Assembly: GCA_010909165.1 (NCBI GenBank)
Contig: VJWM01000068.1
Location: 1,426,001 to 1,490,000 of the forward strand
Direction of reading: 5' to 3'
From: Anthoceros angustus
Taxonomy: Eukaryota > Plantae > Anthocerotophyta
DNA: 64,000 nucleotides
Shown: one piece after another, positions 25,456-37,810 of the stretch
How positions within the stretch are numbered: position 1 is the stretch's first letter
How the letters are laid out: the number at the start of each line of letters is the position of its first letter
Translations under genes and position numbers: made by a program
The notes under the pieces: model-generated
What the model was told of the DNA's origin: nothing
Database searches by the model: none
The model's input: the letters and a program-made list of their open reading frames with translations, nothing else

Positions 25456-25965
25456 AGCATTTCTACCAAGACCTGGTGAGCAACATATATATGACATTGT
25501 AACTATGCCCCCCTTTCCTTACATATATGTGTGTGGGCAGATGCGTTCAATTTCATTAAGTTAGACCAACCTTGACAATTCTCAAGGTTTGTCACCAAGA
25601 CTGCCCATAATGGATGTCATAGAGTTGTGAACCATACACGCGATATGTAGACAACTTATAAAAAATTAGGCTCGTTTAGGCTTTGCTTTTTCCTTGGCCG
25701 AGGACGGTATCATGACTCCTCTTGGTGATGAAGAATCACAGACAGCAGCGAGCACAGGCGACTGACGGCTTCTCCGACTTCCCCAAAGAGAGCCATTAAA
25801 ATAGGGACCGCAAGTCGCATTTCACGGGTTGCTATTTTCCGATACTGAACACAACCTTTCCTATCTCTTCCAACCTACCAGGAACCCATACTTCGATGCA
25901 GCTCCAGTCAAAGCAGGAGGTAGCATAAGAACAATGATCTACAGGGACTTCAAGGAGGCTAGAGA

Positions 25966-28900
25966 TTAAACCAAGCTGACCCTAAATTTGGTGCAAAACT
26001 GCTGTAGTGCTGCCTGGCTCTTGGGATCCAGACCCTGCTGTATCCTAAGCGGCAGCGTCCCGGGCTGCTGTGTACCAGTTCGGCTAAGAGACGTCACCAG
26101 AAACTCCCGGGGATCCTTAATCTCCTTCACTGGGTCATCCTCCTGCTTCCCAGCGTTGTACAATCGCGCAAATACAGCCGTATGGCCCACGACCTCATCC
26201 AAGTCTGGCATCTCTGGCTCTTCTTCGACTCCCTGATCCTCTGGTCGAATTAAAAGAGTTACTACATTGTCGAGCAATTTGGTCCAAGCAGGGACTGCAG
26301 AATCTCGTAAAAGGACAGGTGACTCGGACAACAACGTTGTGGCAGCCACTGCACAAACTTTTGTCTCAAGCTCCCCTGCAATAGCGGTCAAATTTGATAT
26401 CCAAATGTTTTCCAAGATCATTGAAAACATATGGGGTTGCACTTTCTCCACTGATTCCATTAATCTTGCATGCCCATGCTTAACGACAAAGAGAGACATG
26501 AAGATAATCAATGACTTGATGAACCTCAACGTCCGATGCTCGTGAAGCTTCATAAACAGGATAGTGAATATCTTCAGAAGATATTCCTCGATCACCTGGT
26601 ATGGAAGGTTTTCCACAATAGTTTGGAGTATAAAGAACCCTTCATGCTCGTTATTTCTTGATTTTATAAGCATCTCAAAGACTCCCAGTACTTCTGGCAG
26701 CTGAGACATGGACAGAATGCGCTCATTAGGTTCTGTAAACAATCTCACTGATAAGAACAAAGAGTTTCAAGGCAAGAGACTCACCTGACCCTGATTGATC
26801 TGTTCGTGTGCCTTCTGAAGATAGGCCTGCAAGAGCCTTACCAGTGCTGGAACATTAGCTGGCCGCTTCCAAAGAATTGGGGAGAGAAACACAGGGAAGA
26901 TATTGATGTACTCGGGTGGAAGTGGAGGCTGTCTGGTTTCTAGAAGCTGTGCAAGGACCTGGAAGACATATGGGGCAAATTCGACAACATCTAGCTGCAA
27001 GATGTTCTGGAAAACAGGAAACAGCAGCATCTCGAACTCCTTGATTAGCTCAGGATTGACTGCACAGCCCCTTCTCACAAGGGCAGCTATGGCCTCAAAG
27101 AGATAGTGATTGAAGCTGGGATTTGTAGGATTCTTGCAAACTTCAGCAAGAATGCGAGTCAGCTCTTCCATGACAATTTTTCCCATGTTCCCAATGTCTG
27201 CAACAGAAAGCACTCTCATGATGCACTTCATGACGTAGGCATTCTCCTGAGAATCAGGTAGCTTCAGGGCACCAAAAAGATTTGTAAGCAAAGGCTGCAC
27301 CACTGGAGCCAGGTCTCCAGGTAGGTACCGAAGTACTTTCCCATCTTTGAGCACCAGTAATTTCTCAATGCAGCTAGCAGCATATGAATGAACAACATTG
27401 GATTCAGCCAATAGAAACCCCATGACCTGAGGCAGTAACTCCAGCATCATACCCTTTGGTATTTGCCTCCGAAAAGTTGTCAAAGACTTCAAGGCATCGG
27501 CTTTGAGAATTGCCTGTGCATCCGGTTCATAAGTATGCAGCTCTGGCACAATTTGCGCCGTGAAAAACTGCTCCACATCCACAAGATCAGAAGCTGCCAC
27601 TCCTTCTGAGGCCTGCCGGGGTGCCAGGGAGACCACAAGATAAACAGCACAGTTTTTGGCTTTCCAGTTTGATCTAGGATTGGCAGCATATTCTGCCAGC
27701 ATTTCTTGTGTATAAGCAGAAAACATCCTCGTAACCTGCAAAGCCCCACAATCACCACAGCGTTAGAGAACCACTTGCACACTGGACATAAGGGGAAATG
27801 CAGCAAAAAGACATGCCTGTTCTTGATAATGTGTGGAAAGGCCCTTGATAAGCTCACACGCCATCCTCCTCCTGGTTTCCAAATCACTGCCCTCCATGTC
27901 TCTTCTAATGTACTCGATGTGATTCATCTCAAAGAGCTCCTCATCTTCTTCTCGAATTTTCAGATTTGGAATGATGATGCTTTCACAGATTTGCTTCTGC
28001 GTGGCTGGATTGCTGAAGAGCGCATGGTGGACACTTTTGCTGACCGTTGTCAGAAACTTGATGGCAGTGGTAGCGAGCCGATCGTGGCTCGGAGCTTGGG
28101 ACACAGTCATCAAAAGGTTCCAGACATCTGTGGCAAATTCAGTAAGGAAGCTCTGAAACTCCTCTTCATTCTTCTCCATGTACAGATTGATGTTCTCACA
28201 AATCGCCACTTTCACTTGATCCACGATGCTCTCCTTAGTCTCATCGCTCTCCTTCAAAAGTGGGTTGGTATAGGTCAAATACTTGTGAAACCCTGCCATC
28301 CATTCTCCCATATGATTCTCAAAAAACTCTGGAAGCTCCTGAAAATTCAAAGAATAGAAGATACGGCAACAAAGCCGCTGGCACTCCAACAGAGGCTTCA
28401 GAACAGCTGGCGACTCTGGATTGGAATCAATCAAGATCCCAGTGGTGGTGAACAGCTCTAGCAACGGGGCAGCAAATCCATCAAGACAATACTTGAGGTT
28501 ACGGTACAGCTCCTGGCTTTTAAACTCGTACCTAAACCGCTTGAAAATCGAATTCGCAGACTGCAGAATACCATTGATCACATTATAGTCTGCCTGGTTC
28601 TGAATTCCGGCCACAAGCTGCTCAAGCAGATAAGGCCAGTTGTGCGGAAAGTCGAACTTGCTCATTATCACCAGAGCTTCGCTCAACTGAGACTGTATCT
28701 TGGGAGGCATAGAGCACATGAGGCTGACAATACACAGCTTCACCTGCTCCTTCTCCTCCTCCCCCATGGGAAACACCTGAGCAGCCTCCGCATCCTCCGC
28801 GCGCCATCTGTACTTCACCCTGTTCTTGAAGTTCACCGCAGCAGACAGCCGCACCTGTTCCCCGACGGCGCGCTCAGACAAGAGCTGCAGCAAAACACGC

Positions 28901-29118
28901 CCGAAATCCGGCAGCTCCCCCGCCTGCTTCAGGTGCTCCTCCGCCTGTTTTCTTGGCTCCAAATCCGGAGACAGCGTCTGCAGAAACCATTGCGACAGCA
29001 CCCCCGCATCCGGGCCCTGCATATCTGCTCACTGCCAGCTCCTACCACAAACCGGCCAAGTCTCGCACTGTCCCCGCCTCTCGAGCGCTACAGACTACTC
29101 ACCAGCTGGATCTGGCAT
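25966..29118 (-). CDS. CSE1: Exportin-2 / CAS (importin-alpha export receptor), 4 exons, about 969 aa
   Basis: Exons 29118-29103, 29024-27817, 27735-26785 and 26700-25966 join in frame (2910 nt). Motifs [74 protein letters not shown]. Confidence 0.96.
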
Positions 29119-29763
29119 CGCAAATGCTGTCCCTCGCCTGCTGCTTGCTGAGATTGTCCCCATGTCATCGCTTCCCACCATAACCTAGGCTTTAGGTGCA
29201 ACTTTCAGAACACGCGAACGCGCAAGTATCAGGAAAGCAAGTTACGGGTTTAGGGTTCAGGACTCGTTGGGGACGGGAGACCACATTTGCTGGCTACCTA
29301 ATAATATTGCATGCACCCGTTTTGGGAAAACAGGCGGCAACGGCACTTTGTTTAAACTTCCAAGCGTAAACGATCCACCTCTTGTCAGAATGGAACACAA
29401 GTACCTACTACCTACCTATTGCACATATTATTTACATGACGTAATTCTGTTTTTGTTCATTATCACAATATTAATCATAATTCATAAACGTTCAATTAAC
29501 TACCTACGGAAGGCCTACAGATTCAAAACGACTGAAGGACATCCAGTGACGGGCCGGTGGAGCGTCTTGCTATCGGGAGCGTCAGGTACTAGCTGTTGCT
29601 GAGCGCTCATTTGTAGACAGCAAGCACGAATTAGGGTTTCTGAGTTTGAGATTTAGGGGTTTTACGGGAAGCAGCCCTTATACTGTCGAGACCTGGAACA
29701 GGACTCCCAATATATCCACGGTCAAGTCCTTGATCCCACGGGTGTCGCTGCCCCTGTACAATC
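29119..29763. promoter_or_regulatory. Putative bidirectional promoter with telo-box-like motifs
   Basis: 645 bp between the divergent ATGs of CSE1 and Ran; TAGGGTTT at ~29632, TTTAGGGTT at ~29248 and TTTAGGGGTTTT at ~29652. Confidence 0.6.
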
Positions 29764-31236
29764 ATGGTAATGTCTCCTGCCCTGCCCTACCCATCCAATG
29801 ACGGCTGGCTTGTAGACTGCTTTTCAAGGAAATGCAGGAGTTTATGGGTTTTAGGTGACTTGCACAGGTGAATTGTTTTGCTTCAAGGGTCAGCCTGAGG
29901 GATTCTTTGGGCCAGTGGGTCTGGGAAATTCGTGCCTTTTGTGTGTGTTCTAATTCGTGTGATGGGCATTGTCGTGTGACCTGCAGGCTTTGCCAGGCCA
30001 GACCACACCTGAAAACTGTCCAAGCTTTAAGCTTGTACTCGTTGGAGATGGAGGAACGGGTACGTACTTGCAGAAACCACACTGGTTCCTCTCATTCTTT
30101 TTGGATTTCTTCTTCCTGAGTCCACGGGCTTGATGGGTTTACTCGTTGTTTGAATCGCCAGGGAAAACTACTTTTGTTAAGCGCCATTTGACTGGAGAGT
30201 TCGAGAAGAAGTATGAACGTGAGTATGAACAACTTCTTTTTGGTTGATTGGATGGGATCCTTATGAGGTTTTTTCATGTTTGGAGGTAGAGCTTGCAGAG
30301 AGTTGATGTGCTTGTTTGTGCAGCCACCATCGGTGTAGAGGTCCACCCACTCGATTTTTACACCAATTGTGGGCGCATCCGCTTCTATTGCTGGGACACA
30401 GCGGGTCAGGAGAAATTTGGAGGTCTCCGTGATGGTTACTAGTGAGTGCCAGTCTGCCTGATCTTTGAACCCCTCTCTGGCTTTGCGATATGTGATTTGC
30501 TGGTAATAACACTGTTGTTCTGCAGCATCCATGGGCAATGTGCTATTATCATGTTTGACGTAACAGCAAGGCTGACCTACAAGAATGTTCCAACTTGGCA
30601 TCGTGATCTGTGCCGGTGAGTAGGAGGTGTCCATTTTAATAGTATTCATCCCACTCCTGTTTTGCTGTCGTAAGAGGCTGGATGGATGTCTTTTAGACTC
30701 TAACCCAGGAGATTTTTTTGCAGAGTGTGTGAGAATGTCCCGGTTGTGCTCTGTGGCAACAAGGTCGATGTGAAAAATCGGCAGGTGAAGGCCAAACAAG
30801 TGACTTTCCACAGGAAAAAGAACCTTCAGTACTATGAGATATCAGCAAAGAGCAACTACAACTTTGAGAAACCCTTCTTGTATCTTGCCAGAAAGCTTGC
30901 CGGGTAAGTGCTTTGGCATCCTTTCTTGCCTTGGAACTGGTTGGACGCTGAAGGCTCTGGCTAATTTCCGGCTTCATTTTTGTAACAGGGATCCGAATCT
31001 GCACTTCGTCGAGTCACCTGCTCTAGCCCCACCAGAGGTTCAAATTGATATGGCTGCACAACAACAGTAAGTTCAACCTTTTCTACCTGATCTGGCTTGT
31101 CTTTCAGTTTTGCAGTTCTGATTCTGTACCATTGCTCTTCTCAATGTGTCTTGAATGATCTTGCAGGTGTGAGGCAGATCTACTTGCTGCTGCCGCCCAA
31201 CCTTTGCCAGATGAAGACGATGAGAATTTAGACTAG
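29764..31236 (+). CDS. RAN: Ran small GTPase, 8 exons (first exon is the ATG alone)
   Basis: Exons 29764-66, 29987-30059, 30162-30218, 30324-30441, 30526-30615, 30724-30903, 30989-31066 and 31167-31236 give ALPGQ...GDGGTGKTT...[17 protein letters not shown]...NKVD...[12 protein letters not shown] with an acidic tail DEDDENLD. Confidence 0.97.
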
Positions 31237-33049
31237 GACAAATTTCTGAGTGGTTCAGTCTCGGACATAGCTGAACCCGACTAGAGGTTCCTGTGGCGAC
31301 GAGGTTTTAGTAGGAATTCGGTGAAGCATAGAACGTGTGTAGCAGTCGTATGCTCTGCCAACGAGCTCGCTCTGTGACTCCGGATCAATTTAGCTGCCCC
31401 ATTTAAATGGTTGGTACACCTTCATTGTTGGTATGCGTCGCTCATTGTTTAGAATCTTTCTGACAATTTGGATGTGTCCTTTTCGCTGTGATTGCTCCAA
31501 ATCGTCAAAGGGAGTGGAAAGTGATCGTGATCACACAGCTTACCACTGGTTTTGCTTACAATCTGGCTCTCGGTGTTAAAGCTCGCACACAACTGCCCAG
31601 AATGCTTGCTTTCATTGGAAGGTAACCAAGTATACTCGACATGTTCACTCGCGACACGGTGGAGCGCCACCATCCAAATCTTTGCTGCCCGATTCTCTGC
31701 AAACGAGCTAAACCACATCTTCAAGTCGAAGTGGATTGCTTGTAAGGTAACCTTTCTACAGTGTCTCTGTATCGTTCCAGTGTTCAGTCCTACTATTGTC
31801 TTGGGGTGAGAAGCCACCGTTGGCGCCTCAAGGATCAGAGTTTTCCTTCTCACCGGAGGCCGGATCACCAGAGACCTGCAGCCGGTAGCATGTCAGAATC
31901 ATCTGCAGGAAGAGGCTCATATTGCAGGATACTACAGAACTTCCCAGTCACAAGCCCGACCGCAAACAGAGGGATGTCAAGGAGAGGCAGTCACGTTGGT
32001 CGCATAGTGTGGGATACTCAATATATCCATCACTCTACATGCTGCTAGCTGGATTTTCTCTCTAGCTCCATCAAGCGTGCTCCTGCGCTCCTGCTCAAAC
32101 TCCTTGGTGCGGTTGAGATCTTCGGTTATTTCTAGTGAGGTCAAACCGATCTCGCTGTGCGATCATCCATGAGTCAGTGATGCACTGCTGAAGCCTGATG
32201 GTTTCAGTTAGGCAAAGATGGAGCAAGACTGTGCATATGCCTCACCTGACCGTGGGAAGAAAGCTCTCCATGGCTGCCTCTGTCTGTTGGCTCAGGCCTG
32301 GAGCAGTAACAGAAACATGGCGGTCCAGCTCGAGAAGGAAGGCATGCAGCGGAAGGAAACGGAAGACACAGCAAATTTCCATGACAAAGCCAGCGGTGGA
32401 GACGACCTTGGACAAGCGAGGCGAGCTTCAAAGAGAAGAGGTCTCCGTGGCTGCCTATGTCCTCTCCAGGTTCCACGGCCATGGCTGTGGCGGCCGAGAA
32501 GCTGCCGCTCGTCATGTCCTAGTGCTCATTGAACTTGAGAATGGATGGCACAAAAATTCGAGTGACGTTTAGATGCCGAGCTATTTATTTCCGATGGGAA
32601 CACAGATAGCATTGCAGCGAGGAAGAAGAGCTTACAACCTAGCGTTAGCCATAACCGTTTAGATTCCGCCTTCTCCAATCCACCGAAACATGAAGAATCG
32701 ACCACTTTTCTCGTTTCGCAATGCCTACTGACCACGTTCCGTTCTCATGATTGAAGAGGCTTCGGTGTCTGTACCATGTTGTCCTCACAGGCGGCTGATG
32801 GCTAACGTTTCTCCCTTGTGAAATGCTGTGGCATGCTGTGCACATACAGGCTGTGTTGATGCCTGTCGAAGCCAATGCACTGCTCGCTGACCAGTGCATT
32901 CTTGAGAAGCGGCTGGATGCTGATTGCGTCCCCTCTTGCAGCCTGCCAGTATTGTAATGTGAGTCTAACATCTACCTGTGCATGCAGCGAAATACGAAAA
33001 GCCTGTGTGATACCTGTTTTCATACCAGGTCCCTGTCCGAGAGAAGGGT

Positions 33050-35830
33050 AACAATTGTGTGTGCAAGTGCCCCCCTCTCTCCCCTTTCTCATGTACATAA
33101 TTATCAGGCCCCACTTCCAGGCTTACGGGCTCCAGCAGAACCGTGTTTCGGGAATCGGACTGGAGTCTTAATAAGTCTGCTCCAGGAGGCTTGCTGCCTG
33201 TTATGTTGTCTGCCTGCTTCCATGCACACCTTATCTTACAAACTGTCTCTTGCCCACGTAGTCAGCCGCTGTCGCTGGGATCCATGCGCTGCCCTTGGAG
33301 GTGGGCTCCATTTGGAAATCGGAGACTTCCAATTTGGTATTCTCGATGTGCTTTTGGGTGCACATATGACAATTGTGTGGAGCTCAGCAGAGCGCTATTT
33401 CCACATGTGTAGGTACTCTTTTCTATTGGCTGGCCCGAAAGGTCAGCTTGTTGGGATGGGCGGTGACACGGGAGCTCTGCGGAGCCCGCCAAAGGCAAGG
33501 GATGACACAGGGATTGTACACTTCGATGCATATGTATTTGAGAAGGGCCCTGCTTACACATGTGGTGGGAGCCGGTTTCTTACCCAAGCCCGGAGATTGG
33601 AGGGGGAACCCGGAACAGCAACTCTGCCTCGCAATTGTGTCCAACCCGGATCCAGACCTAGCAAAGCCTTGCACGGAACCCTTGTTCCCAGAGTAACAAA
33701 GCTCCTCACAGTACAAGAACTTCTCACCAGAGACTTCAAATCTTCCTCCCTGACCCACTGCACATCCGAAGGCCCATCTTGAGAATCCACTTCCAAAATC
33801 GCATAGAGATAGATAAACGCGGTGCCATCATCCAATAGGTGCATAACAGCACATTTGTGAGCTGCTTGGATGAGTTCGGTGGCCTTCTCTGCAAGCAAAC
33901 CAGCAAAAATCTCGATCCCATACATCCTGCATGCGGCCTTCCGCAAATTCATGACCAAATACCCTGCCTCGCATCCCCACCTTGAAGAGTTGTTTCCGGA
34001 GACCTGACATCTGAACCCACAGAAATCCTATTTTCAGGGTGTTGAAATTTTGAGGGTGTTGAGGTAAGCGCGAGAGCCTGAAAATTTTTTTGGATTTCAA
34101 TACCTTACACCTATGGGTGGGTATTAATACCCGTACCTCTCACATTCTGAGAGAGCGCACTGCCTTCTGAACTACATCCCCATGTGATGAAGTGCCGTGT
34201 TCTTTTTTTATTGGCAGCTTGTACATGAGTCTATGGTACTTGTGTCTATGAACCTGTGCCTGTGCAGTCGTGAGGCATCATAAGGAGGCAGCCACCTTGA
34301 GAATGACGGTCCAAAAGTCCAGTCCAAGTTTGGTATCTTCGGTCCTTCAGGGCCAAGGAATTCAGACATGCTTCAGTGCAACCCTGGATTTTTTGCGTCT
34401 AAGTACACTGTTTCATGTGTTCGCCTTCAGGAGGCAGCTGCTTCTGGATTCCAGCACTGGAGTTGCAGCAGTCTGGAGGGTGTGGAAGGCAGAGGAGCAC
34501 CTGACATGTCCAGGTCTCCTTAATGATGGTGAAGGATAGCGAGACGGTTACATGTGTGTCCAGAGCCAGGTGTTAGTGCAGCTATCAGTGACATGGAAGG
34601 AAGCAGTTGAGCATCGCCACGATTCGAAGTGGGAGTTTCACATGAAATAGACCTTCATCTTCATACAAGCAGCTGTTTAATCTCGTGGGTTTACAACCTA
34701 CACACTCTTCCCTAACAGGGGGATCAGGAACAGTTGGGTGATTGTACTGTACTGCACTGTGTGTACCCGTGCATGTACACTGCACGGGACCTTCCACAGC
34801 CGGACTGCAAGAAGCAGGGAGAAATGGCCGGACTGCAAGAAGCAGGGAGAATTGGAGATGTCTGCCGCAGAGCAACACATAGCAGCAACATCTGACACAT
34901 GGTCAGCTTCTCAATCATACAGCTGAGATACTTCATCCCGCTCTGGTATGCACCAAGCATGAAGCAGTTACGATCACAACTGCCAATTAGGGGTTCCCAA
35001 CATGGTCTTTTATTACATCCACATCCACCCACAAAACCGTGGATTAGAAGGAACTGGTTCTGGTCCCCACTGCGTACTGTCCGGCACGGCGCTTGTGTGA
35101 AATCCATACCGTGTCTGAATGTGCAGCAACAGACGCCCATCATTACCCTCATCAAATAGCCGGCGTCAAATCCGGGTTACTCAAGCTGGGCAGTAATAAC
35201 TCATAACTCTGTCCAGGCGTTGCTTAACACAAGCTCCGGAATCGGCCCCACTTCCAGGCTTCCTGGCTTACGGGCTCCAACAGCACCATGTTTCGGGAAT
35301 CGGACTCCATCCCTAAGTCTGCTTCAGGGAGCTTGCTGCCTGTTGTGTTTGTTGTGTTGTCTGTCTGCTTGCATGCACACCCTCTCCTACACACTCGTCT
35401 CTTGCTTGCCCACGTAGTCAACCGCTGTCGCTGGGATCCATGCTCTCCCCTTGGAGGTGGGCTCCATTTGGAAATCGGAGACTTCCAATTTGGTATTCCC
35501 GATGTGCTTTTGGGTGCACATATGACAATTGTGTGGAGCTCAGCAGAGCGCTATTTCCACATGTGTGGGTACTCTTTTTTACTCGCTGGCCCGCAAGGTC
35601 ACCTTGTTGGGATGGGTGGTGACTCGTGAGCACTGCCCAGCCCGCCGAAGACAAGAGATGACACCGGGATTGTGCACTTCAATGCATACTTGAGAAGAGC
35701 CCTATTTCCACATGTTGTGGGTTCTCTTGTTCGTTTGCTGGACCGCAGGGTCAGCTTCTTGGGATGGGTTGTGAGCACTCCTGCGACTGCGACCAAGACA
35801 AGAGATGACACCGGAGTTGTGCACTTCTAT
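33050..35830. repeat. Dispersed duplicated segment (~33100-33560 vs ~35240-35720) with a third partial unit; unidentified degenerate sequence
   Basis: Shared CRWDPC..LGGGLHLEIGDFQFGI.DVLLGAHMTIVWSSAERYFHMC.YSFLLAGP.G.LVGMGGD; the RDDTG(I/V)VHF unit recurs at ~33500, ~35655 and ~35805. Confidence 0.8.
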
Positions 35831-37649
35831 GCATAATTGTGTGGACGAAAATGAGTAGACTCCTATTTCCACATACGTGCTATGCTTTTGCTAGCCCATG
35901 AGGTCATTTGCTTGGGAACGGGTTGTGGGCAATGCCGAGTCCGCCGAACTCTATACGACATTGGAATTGACCCCCTTGAGTGTTCGCGGCATGAATCCTC
36001 GGGACATGCATTTCCCTGGTGTGTGATGAGATAAGTTGCCCCGTATCCTTGGAAGAAGCAGCAACTCCTTGCGGGTGACATGCATGGGAGTGCTGAAACA
36101 CACAGCCCTTCTAGATGGCTTTAAAGGAGATGCACCAACATGGCCAAGTTCAAACACCACAAGAGTTTCTCGGAATTGGCCCCATACCCCCACTTGATAA
36201 AAAAAGATCGAGATATGGAGAAGCTTTCATCCAAGAGTTTGAAAGGGCGGTGTGTTTCCTCTTCGTGGCTCCTTTCCAATCCGAACACGAAACCCACCAG
36301 AGTTCAAAAGCAAGAAGGCCATTTACAAATGCTTCCATGTGACGCCCTAAATGCTTGCGCAGTGCACTCAATGCTTGCCGTTGCCCTCACGAAACACTGA
36401 AGGGCCGATCGGAATACTGTATCCAGCTTTTGTGATAGATACGGGGCTAAAAATGTGGAGGTGACGAAATAGGCGTGAGATTAAGTGCAGCAGCTCAAAT
36501 TTAGGCCCGGTTCTACGCAGCATTGAGTAGGTAAAGGTTGGTGGAGGGAAGAGCTGGCCTGCTAGATGTGTGAACTGGAAGCAACATGGTAAGAGCAGGA
36601 GAAGAAGGAAGGCGGACGTCCATCAATTCGCGCCGAAGTTGGAAAGGAAAAGAGAAGAAAGCGGAAATGATGAAAAGGGGCCGGAATGAGTAGCCGTAGC
36701 CGAGGAGGTGAAAAGCGGGTGTTAATGGCGGAAGAGCGGAGGGTGAATCCGGGCCGCAATGAATGCCTGGCAGCTGTACATACCATACTGGTATGATGTA
36801 CATGACGACATACGCAGAAATGCTGCTGCGCACTGGCTGGTCCTCCATTTTATGTCCGTCTCGTCGGTACATGACGTACCTCAAGTTCGAAGCGGGCGCG
36901 GTAAACGCTTCATTACGCGGTGAAAAGTCAGAAACGTCTGGATTGCGGGGTTAGGGATTTAATGCTGGGGTGCCTTGATGTGGTGGAGCCCGCCTGTGTC
37001 AGCTCGCCATGGCCATCGGCCAGCACATCAAGGCAGCCCCGCATTAAACCTTTAGGGACCGGGAATTTAATTCGCTTACTGCGGGAAATTAAACGGAGGT
37101 AATGATGGTGGGTAAAAAATAGCGGTGCATTTACGTGCAGTGCTCCGTGCGGGTGCGCCGGGCTTGACCCGCGGGGAACTGCGACTTCCCGGCGCTGCGA
37201 CTGCGTTCACCTTGTGGGAATTTGCATGAATGGCATTGACGTCAGGGAGGAAAAGAGCACAGAGCGCTCACGACCGGGTCAGGACTGGATTGATCAGAGG
37301 GTGGTGGTGACCAGAGTTGGGTCGGGACTCGGCAGTCGGCACCCCGGGTCGGGTCGGGTCGGGTCGTGAAGGAGTGCGTGGTGGTAGGAGTAGGGGTTGA
37401 GGCTTCCTCGCCCACCGTTTTAACATCTTCGCTCTCTGCTTCCCCGCTTTGGCCGAGCTCGCCGTGCCTGCTCTCTTCCGCGTCTGCTGCGTCGCGCTAT
37501 CTCGTCGGCGGGACAGCCTGTGCGCGCGTGTCGGTGGCGGTGCGCGGCTGCCTCGCCTGCTGCGCCTCGATTGCGGGCCTGTCATGTCCTTCTTCGACCA
37601 GCCGAATTGCGCGACTTCCCTGCCTTGCATCCAGTAGCGGGAGTGGCCG

Positions 37650-37790
37650 CGGGAGGGACGGAGGGACGGAGGGACGGAGGGACGGAGGGACGGAGGGACG
37701 GAGGGATTTTGTTGGGCGGTAGATTTTGTGGGCGGTAGGCTTTGTTGGGCGGTAGCTTTGTTGGGCGGTGGCTTTGTGGGCGGTAGAGTC
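37650..37790 (+). repeat. (GGAGGGAC)x~7 followed by five TTTGT(T)GGGCGGTAG-like units upstream of CFL1
   Basis: Read directly from the sequence. Confidence 0.9.
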
Positions 37791-37810
37791 GGGGAAGGAA
37801 GGGAATCGAG

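Noticed and set aside
27706-29151. 251-aa and 169-aa plus-strand ORFs
   Set aside because: Antisense to the CSE1 exons.
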